Below, piece by piece: positions 1 through 15,000 of a stretch of 64,000 nt of DNA. Position 1 is the stretch's first letter. Each line of letters opens with the position of its first letter. Under the pieces are notes generated by a model, which had not been told where the DNA came from, ran no database searches, and was given only the letters and a program-made list of their open reading frames with translations. Made by a program: the position numbers and the translations under genes. Origin of the DNA: Gracilinanus agilis (lineage: Eukaryota); contig NC_058135.1 of assembly GCF_016433145.1 (NCBI RefSeq), positions 191,476,118 to 191,540,117 on the forward strand, given 5' to 3'.

Positions 1-10
1 ACATTTTTAC

Positions 11-95
11 CTCTTATGTATGACTTTGGTGGTGAAGCACTGTTGTAAGCAAAGTGTCCTAACACAGCTGTATCCCGGGAGAAACAAAGTAATAC
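11..95 (-). CDS. TBC1D19: TBC1D19 exon 14 (85 nt): VLLCFSRDTAVLGHFAYNSASPPKSYIR(G)
   Basis: Acceptor tcctccacag|; donor GAG|gtaaaa. Confidence 0.96.
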
Positions 96-3000
96 CTGTG
101 GAGGATATTAGAAGAAAAATTGAAGTGATCTTATAAAACTAGTTTCCTTAGTATGTTATTACTGGAAACCATATTTGTGAAATAGAGTCCATGCTCTGTA
201 CTTGAATACTTGTAGTAGTTTCCAATAGTTGGGTATGGAAGTACTGGGCAGCCCACACTAGCCTTTGCTGGTTTGTTTTTTGTTTTCTTAGATTCAGGGA
301 GTTGCTTTATTTTCAGATTTGTCATTTTTTTGTTGATATACTTGTTTTTACATCACTGTCATTTCCTAAAACATCCCTTCAATTTTCCCTCCTTAGAAAG
401 TCATCCCTTTTAACAAAAAGTTAAAAAATGAGGGAAATCAAAACAGTTCAGTTAAACCAACCAGCACACCAACCAAGTATGGGATGATATGTATTGTTAC
501 ACTTCTAGAATCTCATTTCTGCAAAGAAGGGAAGCAAGTTCATTTTCTTATCTCTTCTTAGTTTTGGTCATTATAATCACACAGTATTCAGTGTTAGGTC
601 TTTGTTGTTGTTTTTGTCCTTTTCTCCACTCACATTGTTGTAGTTATTGTATGGACTCTTTTCTTGATTCTGTTTTCTTTACTCTGTATCAGTTCATTTA
701 TATTTCCCATATTTAGCTGAATTATTCACACAATTTTAAAGCTGCAGGGGGCCTTGTAGATTTTTCACTATATACCATCAATTTCATGTGACTTTGAGTA
801 AGACTTATTTATTAAGCTCTCAATGAACAGTTCAGGCTAGAGAATCTCCATAGCTCTTTTCAGCTCTATCTAACATTTTATGATCCTATTCTACCCAACA
901 CTTTAATAATGGCAAAAACTATAGGCTGGTAATGAGAAATCACCTAAGTCATTTTCTTGATCCTAAGCATTTTCTTTATAGAAAAAAAAACCTAGGAAAG
1001 AAGTAGTCATGAAAATGAGAATGGATAGCAATCTTCAGAAGTAATTGAAAAATTTTTTACAAACAAATGCACTATTAATACCACAAAAACCAATTTCTGT
1101 TCTATGCACAATAAAGAATATGTCAATCATGTCTTCCTATTTATTTTTTCAGTTGATACTACTGAATTACTAAAGAAACTTAAGCATATAAAACAAATAT
1201 ACTCAGTAATCAACAATAATAAGCAAAATGAAAGCTACCAGAAATTACTAATTCTCTAACTTTTAGTCAAACCAATCTACATTGTCTTTCTCGAAACTCA
1301 CCGAATCATGTTTCAAATTAAATTCTGTGCAAATGGGCAGTTTTGACTGACTTGATAGATACAATTCTTAGAACTTCTGCCCCAGTATATAACTAAAGTC
1401 ACATGAAATACAAATAAAGAAGGATTAAAAAGGAAAGGAAAAATAGAATTGATTCCTTTTATATACACAGCTTTGGATTTTCTGAGATCTTTATCTGCCC
1501 TGATTTCTTTCACATCATTTACCTGGTTTTCAGCCCTATAGTCACTATTCTATCAACTATTGCACAGAAAGATAGCCAGTATGAAGAATTAAGTGGCAAG
1601 GCAATTGACAAACCTCAAAGGGCCATATAAATTCTAGCTATGGTTTGGGAAAGGGTCAGTTTTGTACACATTATTTAGTAAATACTCTATAAATAAAAAA
1701 AATAACAGAAAAGTACTAAATTAGGAGTCATCTGAGAGGTGGATCCCAACTCTGACACTTCTGAGAAAGCCATTTAATTTCTCTAAATTTTGATTTCGTC
1801 ATTTGTAAAAATAGAGACAGTAATAATGCCTTTCTGTCTCATGGGTTTGTCATGATAAGGCACCACACTTGAATAAATATTTATTTCTGTGTCATTCTTT
1901 GTGCTATTTTTTGGCAGGCACTAAGTCTCTTAGTTTACCTCTTCAAATTCTACCCATCCTTCAAGACTTATACAAGCCCCATCTCTTCCAAAAACTTTAA
2001 CCTACAGTGATTCTTCCTTTCTACATTTTCCTCTGCATTTAAGGGCTAGTGATGCACATTCTTTAGGATGGGTTCTTAACGTTTTCTGTGTGTGTCATTA
2101 ACACATAGTCTGATGCCTAGAGGCCTTTTCTTAATGTATAAAATAAAATACATAGGATTATGAAGGAAACCAACTATAATGAAATAGGTATTTTTAAAAA
2201 ATTTCCTTGATCACAGGTTAACAACCTTCTGCTTTAGAATATAAATAGTATTGGGGGGGTGGCACAAATGTTAGTTATAAGACTCAAAAAATTTTTAGGA
2301 ACAAATATGGAAAAGTAGGAGAGCAATCATGCAGAATAGTATTGTTCTGGGTAAAAAATCAAGGTAGGCCTATGAATAATTAGATTGTTATTCTAGTAAG
2401 ATTTGAAAATTGGCTCTGAAGAAACTTCCAAAAGCAGAGTTCCGAAAGTATTTTGAACAATTGCAGTCTTTGAAAAACTTGTGTAGACTTATAAGGTAAC
2501 TATTTTGAAAGATAACATTTAATAAAAAAAATTATTTATACATATATATATATGTAAATATATGCAGGGTACTGTGCTAGAAACACCTGACTTTCAACAA
2601 GTCTGTAGTATCTGGGAGTGAGGGATGGGCAGGTGCTGTATAACATGAGGGGGATATAATATGTATCCCTGTCGAATCTAATAAAATGAGCATGGAGAAA
2701 AAGAAAAGGGCCCAGAACACAGCCTTGGAGGTTAAATGGGTGAGAAAAAGATTCAGCAAAGGAAACTTTAAATGTCATATGCCTTAGCCAAAGAAAATAG
2801 AGTAATTAATAATGTCAAAAACTATAATCAGAAATATGAGAACTGAAAAATGGCCATTGGATCAGAGCACTTTTGGTATAGTAAAGTTGATTTCAGAAGA
2901 AAAATAAGGGGATGAGAAATAACAGTTGAAGAAATAGAAGCAATGCTTGTCAACAAGAGTTTGGTTATGAGAGGCAAAATAGTTATAGGCATAATAACTT

Positions 3001-6000
3001 GAAGGGATGGCAGGATCAACAATTTAAGGCTCTACACAATACTGGGTATGGCCTCCTATTAAATAAGAAATTCATCTATCTCCTGATATTGGGCTGACTT
3101 TTAATAGGGCAGAAGTAATATTTAATCACAAATTAAGGGTATACTTAGCCAAAGTCTTTTCCGTGTACTTGTCATTTCCTTAAATAAGCACCAATAAGAG
3201 GTCTTTGCTTATTTAGAATTGAAGGATACCCCTAGAATCTACTAGTTATATTTCTTCATTTTATATGTGATGAAGTGAAGGGCCTGAAAAATTGAGTGAC
3301 TTACCCTAGATCAGTGATGGGCAAACTACAGCCCACAGGCCAGATGCAACCCCCTGAAATGTTCTATCCAGCAGCAGGACATTATTCCTAATCTGACGAA
3401 TATAATGAGTAGGATACAATACAATGAAAACTTGGAAAGAGTTGCCTTAGAAACAGACTGACAGATGAGTTTTCCTTTCTTTTGGCCCCCTCTTTTAAAA
3501 AAAAACTGCCTGTCACTGCCCTAGATCATGAAGCTCATTAATAGCAATGAGGACTAGAGCCCTGCTCTCCTACCTCCCAGTTCTTTCTGCAGTAACATTC
3601 AAATAATAATTTGGATACATACATTCTGGTATGTTTGGTTTTTATTTTTTAAGTCAGTATTCTTATAACTGCATTTCACATAATCTACATCATTGTCTGC
3701 CTTATTTTTTTTTCTGAGATCATTTCACGTTCTATTAGTTTTATCTCTTCAATAATAGTATAAGAATTCTTGAGGACAAGAACATCTAACCACATCTTAT
3801 TTATTCTGGAGTCAGAATTCTGACAACCTTAACAATCTGTAACACAAACCTAGAAGGGGGAAAAAAGGTCACTCAGCTTGGAGGAAAATAACTGATAACT
3901 TAGTCTTCAGGCCCAATGACTCAGAATTCCATAAAGTAAGGCATTTCTATAAGAGTAGCTGAAGAGAACCTGATGAACAGTGAGGCTTGACAAATGACAG
4001 TGGAGGGAGAATAAAAAGGATTATATAAAAAGGAATTTGGTAGTGTTTATTGTAGGAACAGAGAGAACTATAATCCTTAGTTGTCTGTAAACTCAACACT
4101 ATATTAGAGATTATCTAATCCACTTACCTCTTTTTATAAAAGAGGAAATGGAACCAGAAAAGGTAAAGTGTCTTGATTAAGCTTATACAAGTAGCTAATG
4201 GTGCAGCTTCTCCTCAAATCCAGGAACCCCACCTGAGGGCTTAGCCTTCTTTCTAGCACATCTTGCCTTTTAGGATTGACAGGACCATCTTATTTCCTGC
4301 CTTCCTATCTTTGCATGGGAAGTCCCTGCATGTGTGGGACATACTTTATTACCTCCATATCTTGGAAAACCTAGAATCCTTAAAACCTAAGGTCTAGGAC
4401 CACTTGTGAAGCCTTTTATGATCTCCCCAACTAGAATGGCTTTATTTACTTGGTATATATTTTGTATATATTGATATACAAAATTGCCTGTTGCCTGTTG
4501 TTTCCATGCAATAGAACACAAGATTCTTGAGGAGAGAGGCTTTTTCATTTTTGTCTTTGTATCTCTAGCACTTAGCACATTATCTTCACCTAATAGGTGC
4601 ATTAAAATGCTGATTATTGGGGCAGCTGGGTAGCTCAGTGGAGTGAGAGTCAGGCCTAGAGACAGGAGGTCCTAGGTTCAAACCTGGCCTCAGCCACTTC
4701 CCAGCTGTGTGACCCTGGGCAAGTCACTTGACCCCCCATTGCCCACCCTTACCAATCTTCCACCTATGAGACAATACACCGAAGTACAAGGGTTTAAAAA
4801 AAAAATGCTGATTATTTGGTGCACACAATGATGACTGAGTCATCAAAGTTAAATTATGTTAAATACTGTTTAATGATAGTGAAATTTATGATACATTTTA
4901 GAAAGATTGCCAAAGATTTCAAAATATCTGTCATTAAAAGGATAACCTTCAGTTATCTAAGTAATTCACTTATATTTAACAATTCATTCTGAATGATACT
5001 GAATAAGTGAAGCCTTTATATTTTGGGGACCATAAATTTAGAGCTGAAATGAATCTTAGAAATTCATCAAGTCCTACTCCCTCCTTTTGTAAATTAGGAA
5101 ACTGAGGCCTCTTTGGTATCTACTCACTCTTCAGATAACTTTTTTATAAAATCCTAGACATATGGATAGCTGTAAATAAATGATGAGTTTAAATTAGTGT
5201 TTTGGAGAGCAAATGTAATGGAGGAAAATGAGAAGATAAAAGTTAAAAAAGAAGAAAATTAAAATAAGATTAAATAATAAATTAAAATGAATGGTGGATA
5301 AGAGATATGGAGACATTCCCCCATAAATATAAAAATGCCAAGCACTGGAAGTATAGAATGACAGAAAGAAAAATCCATATAAACTGAATGATAAATAACC
5401 TTTCAATTTGAGGCAAATAAATTTTAACTACAACAGGTTTAAAAAAATTGTCTTTGAATAGCTTGGATTTTCCTGTTTCCTAGGTAGCCAGAATTTCTGC
5501 TGCAAATATATTGAAGAGGGAGGCAGATTTCTATGAACAAAGGTCTATTAGAATTATCCTGATTTATTGTATTGTCATGAGATATGGCAGAGCATTTCAG
5601 AACAATTCTTATGACAAATATCAACTTCTAAATTAGCAAGATCATGGGAAGAGGCAACAAGAAGGAACCAGAAAGATTTTGTTTCTGATCTTGAAAGAGG
5701 AGGTATCAAGAATGTTAGCAATGCTAGATATTCAAATTAACTCAAATCAATGAAGTTGGTGAAATTTTATAAATATAAATCATTGCTGAGTAATTAGGAA
5801 AAACTTTTTCAAGGACCTCATTCATTGCATACGAATGAAACTATACCTTTTATTTAAAGATTCTCCAAAAATATAGTGTAATTTCTCAAATTAAAAGATA
5901 TTTCTTGTGACCAAAGGCTAAACTATATATAAAGATGTATATATCCAACTGCTACTAATTAAAAGTCAAAAATATTGAGCATAAATATTTAAAGAATAAG

Positions 6001-9000
6001 AATTAGAAAATAATTTGTTAAAAAAATTATGAAAATAATATAATAATAATTGGAGGCAATAGAAGGCTGCCAGGGAATCATATCCCAACCAGCTTGCTGC
6101 CACAAGATCCTAGTGAGCTCTCCATTTCTCCTCAAACTTCCTTTCCCTCTCCAATCAGATGCATCCCTGTCATCACTTGAGTGAGGAGGGAACCTGGAGT
6201 GACTGTTCTATTCCAACTCTCATTCTTATTTTTCTGTTCCCCAAAGGTAAGGTTTGGGGCTCCTATGAAGGCTGTGACAAAGATGTGGTTAATTATATCA
6301 CTTCATTGAGTGGGATGTTACCTACTACAATCCTTAAGAGTAATCTAGAGAAATATCAGGACTTACTGCTAATTCTGGAGACTTCTGGGAATTTCCATCT
6401 GCCCTGCTGATCAACCTAAGGATTCCTGGACCTTTTGTTTTATTCTGCTTCAGATGCCCCATCTTCCTATATAAGTTATATCCCCCAATCAGGATGTGAG
6501 CTCCATGAAAGTAAAATCTATCTTACTTTTCTATTTGCATTACCAGTATTCAGAACAGTACTTGGCAAAAGTTAAGCATTTAACAAATGTTTTTTCATTC
6601 ATTCATCTTTCAGAAAATTATTTTTTTATTTCTTACTTATATTAATAGTATCTTTCTCTATTTTCTATGTTGTTACATTCACTACCCATTCTCTTCTCAA
6701 ACTTTTACAGAATTCTCTACAACTCTCCAGAAACTCTTCTCAGATCACCAGTGACTTTTTAATTGAAAATTATATTGTTGACTGTTCTTTCTGCTGGACA
6801 CTTCCCATCACCCCCAGGTTTCAGACACACCATACTCTTGTTCCACCTCTCTCAATACTCCGTCGTCATCTTGTTTGCTGGATTTTTGTCCTTTTTCTTA
6901 CCAAAAGATCTGTTCTCAGTCTTCTTGGCTGCTGAGATTTTCTCTGTTTTGGCATCCTCCATTCATTTCCATGATGTGAACTACAGCATCTATGCAAATA
7001 ATTCCTAAGGCTTTATCTCCCTTGAGCTTCAAATATCTTAATTCCTACCTTTTAGCAGGATCACTCCACCTGGATAGCCCACTAGTACACTCATCCCTCA
7101 AACTCAGTACTTCCCCAAACTGACCTAATTATCTTATCATTCTAAATCTCATTTCCCTTTTCACTTTATTAGTTTTGTCTGTGGCACTATCATTTAGGAA
7201 GCTCTTGTGTTTGTAACCTTTGAGTTATCCTTTCCTTACCAAGTTCCACTAGTTTTATCTTCTTGGAATCTCCTTCACTCTTCACTTTCTCTTAATTCAC
7301 AGTGCAAGTACAATAGACTAAAACTTCATTATCATACACTTGACAATAGCAAAAAACCTAATGGGTCTTTCTGTCTCCTCACACTTTCTTCATCAATACA
7401 ACCTTCAAACACAGAGTAATTTTGTTTTCCCTCAGATATCAAGTAAGTGAGAGGGAGAGTATCTGAGTATGCTGAGGACTAGTTCTAATGTCTGAAATAT
7501 ATGGGTAAAAATTCTGCTACAAATATTTAATAATCATAGAAAGGTCATGCAACCTTTCTCAACCTTGATCTTGATTTCCTCTTCTGTAAAAAGAGGACAA
7601 TAATAGTATAATAGTCATAGCATCAAAAGTCTCCATTTGGGATTTTCTTGGCAAAGATACTGGAATGGTTTGCCATTTTCTTCTCCAACTCGTTTTATAG
7701 ATAAGGCCAACAGGACTAAATAATTTGCCCAGGATTGCACAGCTAATAAACTTTAGAACACATTATTATTATTATTATTATTACCAACTGTTATGATTAT
7801 CATTTTCATGTCACTCATCTGCTCGGAGGTCTTAAGTAAGGTCATAATTATTTACCTACTGAGAGAAGTTCAAACTCCTTTTCTGGCAATCTGATACCAT
7901 GCTGCCTTTTTTTCCCCCTCATGCCATTTAGCCCTCTTCCACTGAAGGGGAGCTGTAGATACCACTCTTTGCTCTGAATAAACACTGATTCTCATACCTC
8001 TGGACCTTTGTTCATATTGTTCACTATGCTTGGAATGCCCTCCCTTTTCCCCTTCTTAACCTGTTTGAATTTTTTTCCAACTTGCTACATATCTAAGAAG
8101 TTTTTCTTGATTCTCCTTAAGACTTCATGTAATATTTCATTTTGAAATTCTCTAATGAAATTATTAAATGCCATTCATGATAGCAAATGCCAGTTAACCT
8201 TTACCTAAATTTTGTACCTACTCAAATGGGTAAGACAGTGCTTTATTAGTATTTAATAAATGTGTTATATTATAGTATTTAGGTATTTAATAAATGTGTC
8301 ATATTATAATATTTCTAAGAGTGTTGTTAAACTCAAGGAAAACAAAGCTCTCTTACCTGGTAGGGTAACTCAGTGGTAAATCTAACTTAGCAGTACTTCT
8401 GTTATCTCAAAGCCAAGGGTGTAGTGGGAAGTCTAGGGATGGTAATGACAAAGTGGTTGTTCATGACTGGTATATCAGGTACATTTGAGTATGCTATATT
8501 TTGGCATGGATAACAAGGTTTTAAAATCCTTGTTGTGTTGAATGAAAGCCCAATTACTTTATATGTAAAGATATGATTATAGCTCAACTATACATTTGTA
8601 GGTAAAAAGTTTGCCAATAATATTTAAAACTACTTTTGTTGGAAAAATTCTCTTTAATTATGTACCAATTAAGATAATTGAGTTGTTTATAGGTGACAAT
8701 GATGTCCTTAATTTTTTAACTGAAGATTTATATATAAACACACACATATGTATATATATAAAACTTCAGAATTATAAGACATTTACTATGGAACTGGAAA
8801 ATATTATACATACAGCATAAATAAAATGAAAACTCTGTCTTGTTAAACAGTTAAAGAGCTATATTTTCTTCAATGAAATATACTTAGAGAAATGTTAACA
8901 ATGAAGTAATGATGAGGCATATATGACAAAATTGCAAATATACGTACATATAAAATTACAGATATCCCTTCCACATCATGACTTTCCCTATCATGGTTTT

Positions 9001-12000
9001 GATATATTGTAGGCTGACAAAAGAAATTAAATGGGAACTTTCTTGGGAATTTCTAGAAGCCATGGATGACATATTAAGGCCAAAAGACAATAGAGAAGAA
9101 GATTAGAAACTAAAAAATAAATAAAACATTCAATATTATATAAATCAACATATTTATTTTTTAATACTATCAGTATACCCAATTTCTTTTTCAAAATTAA
9201 AATAAGTAAAAAGTTAAAGTGCCCCCCATGTGGAAAGGATACTTGTACTTAACCCAAATTTTACAATAAGGTACTGTGTAACACCCCATAAAAGAAAATG
9301 AAAAATTCAGACTTCTTAATTTGAACAAAAGGAGGACCAAAAACTTTTATGTAAGACTTTCCAGATTGCAGGGTTGCCTCACTCCTGATCCCTGCAATGT
9401 GGAAGGGTTATCTATCTGTATATGCTGTTGGTATATAAATGTAAAAAATAAGAAAAGTATCCAAGTTTTTCTCAGTCTTAAGTGATGGACTGTCTTACGC
9501 CTACTTAACATTTAATTTCATATACAGCCTGATTCATGAAAGTTCAGAGTGGCAATAAGGCCCATGGCATGGTAAGGAAAAGCAAATACCTTAATCATTA
9601 TTGACAACTTCATATTCAGAATTACGCTGACAGGTATCACTTCTCAAGGGAAAGCCCACAAATGGTATATGCAGGCTTTCTTCTGTTGTATCAGCTACAT
9701 AAAATTTCAAATTAAAAGGAGCAGAAATCACATAATGGTAACATCTTGTTTTCAATGTGTAAATTTTTTATTGAGTAAATCAGGCAAATATTAACTAAAT
9801 AATGAATAGATACAATGTTAGAAAAATGATTTCTTTAATAAGCATTCAATTGAATACAGTTTGATAAAGTTCTTAGAGGATAAAGTCAGTATTATTTGCA
9901 TTAGTCTTCATTTTAGATTAGTTTCCATTAAGTTCCACATTAATATTTATTTAGTGGCAATTTAACCAATCAAATCAGTCTATACCTGGGAACTAGAAGT
10001 CTGAATGTTTTAAGAAGTAAGCAGCATAGAAATGGAAAGTGCCCAGAATTTGGAATTCTAAGACCTGAATGCAAATTCCAACTCTGCCATTTACTACCTG
10101 TTTGACCAACCCAAGGCAAATTCTTTCTCCCCTCTGGGCTTCAGTTTTCTTATCAGTAAAATGAATGGCTTGAACTCATTACCTTCCAAGGTTCCTTGTA
10201 ATTCTAAATTTATTATCCTATGAATAACATAAAATGTAAACTAAAGCACACTTCTGTAGCTCTTATTGTCAATAACACGAATTTACATTTTCTATATTAG
10301 TAAATTTCCTCTTTTCTCAGTTAGATTTCCCAACCTCAATAGCAGGAACCATATCTTAGTCTTCTTTGCATCTTTAGTACTAGTGTACTGTAAGTAGTAT
10401 CTATAATAGATAAAACATTGCAAGTACTAGTCACCTACTATGTGAAAAGTACCACACTAAGTGCTGGGAATACAAAAGCAGGGGAAAAGATAGAGTCCTT
10501 GACCTAAAGGAACTCACAATCTAATGAAGCAATAATGAAAACAACTATGTACAAAAAAAATACAGTATAAATTGTGAGATATTTTCAGAGGGAAAGCACT
10601 AGCATTAAGGGGGAGTAGGAAAGGTGTCTTACAGAAAGTGAGATTTTAGTTGAGCCTTAAAGGCAACCAAAGAAGAAGGCAGAGACTAGGGGAGTATCTG
10701 AAAATGCACTAAGTCAGGAGACTGAGTTTTCTGTAGGAAGAACAGCAAGGAGGCTGGTGTCACAGGCTCACCAGGTATGTGAAGGGGGAGTTAAGGTATA
10801 ACAAATCTAGAAAGATAGAAGTGTTATGAAAGACTTTAAAAGCCAAACGGAAGATTTTATATTTGATTCTTTGAAATATGGAGCCACTGGAATTTATTGC
10901 ATATTGGTGTGACATGGTCAGATCACTATGCTAGGAAGTTATCAATTTGCCAGCTGAATGGGGAGCAGATTAGAGTGGGGGAAAGACTTGAGGGAGGAAG
11001 ACCAACCAGAAAGAAGTCTAGGTGTGAGACAGGACCTGCACCAGAGTAGAGACAATGTTAGAGTAGAAAAAGGAACCTATATGAGATTCAGCAAATGCAG
11101 AATTGACAAAAGTTGGCAACTGATTGGATATGGGAAGTAAAAGAAAATGATGGGTCAAGAATGCCATCTAAGTTAAAGTAGAGATATTTAAATATAGTTA
11201 TAGATAAAGTGCTAGTTTTTGTTTCAATTATGAATTGTAATCCCCATCCACCATGAATCAATAAATGTTATTTTTTTCCTGCATTCATAGTTACTACTCA
11301 ACTGTAAGAATCCTTGAAGGAAGAATCATATCTTATTATGTAAGTATGCTGCATGGCTTAACACAGAGCCTTATAAATAATAAGTGCTTAATAAATGTAG
11401 GTTTAATTGAAATAATATGAATTGAAATCCTGGTGCCTCCATACCTAAAAGAAAAGAGTTTGTCAATTTCATGCTTTTCCAGCTATACAATGAAGAAGCT
11501 GAGCTAGGGATAGCAAAACATGCCATGTTGCTCACTGGCCAAAATCTTAATTTTTAAAAATTCATCAATCATTTAACAAGTATTTATTAAGGGTTTACAA
11601 TGTGCCTAAGTACCATATTCTAGGTATACAATGATAAAAATATTAGTTCCTTCTCTTGCGGAACCTATATTCTATTGAGGGAAATAGCATGTTTGATGTC
11701 AAAGAATTCTCCATCATCAGAATACTATTATTGATGTTGGCAGAAGAAAATCTTTCATGTTGAGTAATTTTCTTTAGCTAGTAGATTTTTGAGGCTATAT
11801 TATAGGTTAAATTTATATAATATTGTGCTGTATTAGCTTACTTTTATTAATATTCATCTGTTAAATACCCTACCACATTTAGAAATAAACTTTCACAAAG
11901 GGACAAATAGGACCCAGTAAAATGACAGTTAAACCACTATAAATTAGCAGTTATGAATTATTCTATTTTTAAGAATAAAAGTTGTAGGCATTGAGAGGTA

Positions 12001-15000
12001 AAGCAAGCAAATCAAAAAATGCTTCCATAAGTCTTTCAGACAAAAGTCTAAAGCTTCCCTTAGATAAAGAAAAAACATTTTGCAACTACCTTGACATTAA
12101 TTTTTAAAAGTAACTGTTACCAGAAATTATAATAAAAATTATTTATTTTACTCACAAGGCTATAAGAAAAGGTATTCATGTAATTCATGTAAAAAATAGA
12201 CAAACCTATCATCATGTAGAATCATATAAACAAACATGTGGGGATGGGAAAGTATATCTACAGAAAATTTTACCATACAAAGTAGCTAAGGTATATGAAT
12301 CACTGACAAATATAATAGCTATATCAAGAAAGTGTACAGAGTAAAAATTCATAAAAATTTCCTGTAGATAATATCTTTTCTTTGTTAACTAAAGAAAAAA
12401 CTCACTGTGCTGTGGTGAAGGGTCACATGGATCTTTTATGAGGGAAACACCATTATCTTATAAATATTTAGAAGACTGTTACCAAAATCCCCTTTGGCCA
12501 TTTGATTTTTTTTTTTTGGCAATATGAATACCCAACTTGGTTCTTTGTTCATTTAATCAACAAACATTTATTATGTACCTTCTATGTGTGGTACACTATA
12601 CACTGGATATTAAAGAAAGAGTATACAAAGAAGCCAGTGGCCTAATAGGAGATAAAACATTACATATACAAATTATAATATGATAAATGAAAGTATGGAT
12701 ATAATCTATATCAAACTATTCACCATCTTGGGAGAGGAGGGAAGGAGAAAACTTGAATTCAAAGTATCAAAAAACAATTGTCAAAAATTGTTTCTACATG
12801 TAACTGAAAAGAGAAAAGAAAAAAATTATAAGATGATAAGGTAGGTAAAAGTACAGTGGCTTTGATGATAGTGATCACTTCTAACTAGAGGAATAATTTG
12901 AAGTTTCACAGAGAAGATGGCATCTGAACTGGGCCTTGATGAATGGGCAAACCTATCATCATGTAACATGAATCATATAAGCAAACATATGGGGATGGGG
13001 AAAGTATATCTATAGAAAATTTTACCATACAAAGTAGCTAAGGAATATGAATCACTGACAAATACTAGCTACATCAGTATAGTGTACAAAGTAAAAATTC
13101 ATAAAAGTTTCCTTTAGATAATATCTTTAGCAGAAACTTATTCTTGTTCTAAAGAGATAAAATCAGGAGAAATGAAATAAACCTCAAGAAGGAGTAGAAA
13201 AACAAAGGCCGCTAAATACTATCCTATGATGAGCTACCACTAATGCTCGGACATTCTTTGGTCACAGTAATGAAAGGTAAAGAAGTACAACTATAATTAT
13301 AGAGGTAATTGAATTGTCTTTAGGAGGAAGAAAGTATTTTCTTCTATCTGAGAAATTACAAAGACTTCAGAAACATAAGCCTGGAAAGCAACTGCTATCA
13401 GAAAAGAAAAAATATTAATTTCAAGAGTATTTTTTCTTAACATTTATTTATCTGTGATCATGGAAAATCATTAATTTTGCCTTAGATCTCATGAAGGAAA
13501 TGACATCTTTAACTCTGATATCTGATGACATAAAGAAAAGGACAATTGTTTTCAGACCTGAGGGTTACAAATGGGTTGATTTTTTTAATAAAGAAAAAGC
13601 ACTGGTTTCACATTAAAATCACATGACAAAATAAGAAGAAACAAAATAGTTTTACTTAACTGAGGTCTAAAAAACATTCAATCATATGCAGTCATATCCT
13701 AATTAAATAAAAACTGTTTTCCAAGTTTTTTTTTGCTTTATACTTGCAAAAAATATTTACTTTTCAAATTTAACTCCTGTAGTGCATTAGTAATTACAGT
13801 TTTCTGAAAGATTCTGATTTAGCATCTTCTTTTATCTTAAAAAAATTAAGCCCACTCTAACAGCTGTTACTAATTTACATCTAATCAAGCAAAAATTGCT
13901 ATGTATATTCTACATTACTTCCATGACATTTACACTGACATCCCAATCAAGTTCAAATGAGTAAATTTGCACATCTAATCTATTTCTTCTTTAAAAGAAA
14001 AACCCCATAATCTAGGTAATTCCACAAAAAATTAGTTCCTCATTTATGATAAAATGATATTTTAGCAGAGATGAAAATGACCTAAAGACAACTAACTACA
14101 ATATCATTGCTTGCATAATCAAGTGGTAATTGTGTTTTGCAAACATTTAAAGACATTTTAACTATTTATCCTATTATTCAATAAGGAATTCTCATAAATG
14201 ATTCCTTTGAAGAGGTTCTGGTTATGAAATAAATGATCCCCTATGAACTATGACATTCATTTTTAATTATTTGTACCCATAACAATGATTTATAAGCTTC
14301 TAGTTTCTACCTTCAAGTTCTATTTTATAATACAAAAAGATCATCAAAAATTCACTTGTTCAAAGCCTTTTTTTCTTCTTCCAACTAGTCCCTTATTATT
14401 GGGGAAAAGTTAAACTTGTTCTAATGAAAAATACTTTTTTTGGATCAATAAAAAACAAGGTTTGAATTTTAGCACTACAAAATGTTAATGATAAATATCT
14501 CTTAAAATGGCATAATTTAACTAGTAATTGCACCCTGAAAAAGAAACACTGATTCTTTCTAACTTACCTGATACAAATAATCTTCAAATACAAAATAGTA
14601 ATCATCATTGCTGGCTGTTAGCTTCACATCCTAGAATTAAAGATAGAAATGTACTGAAAAAGTCATAGACCACTTATTTTTCTGAAAAGGAAAATCATAC
14701 CACTAAAGCATCACCTCTAAAATAGACATATTCAGAAAATATCTGTGATCTCATTCATTTAAGGAATTGTCAATGAGGTAACACCTTCTACCCATGCAGG
14801 TGAGCATTTACTCTATAATTTGTTTAGAAATGAAGAGTCCAAATTCATATATAACTAGGCATAGAAGATGAAATTTGAATCCATATCTTCCAGACTTTGA
14901 AGGAGGCTCTCTATCTGCCTTTCACAAATATATATAAATATAGATAAATTACAAAGACTTTCACTTACCTTTGACATTTTTTATGAGGCTCACTAAATTA

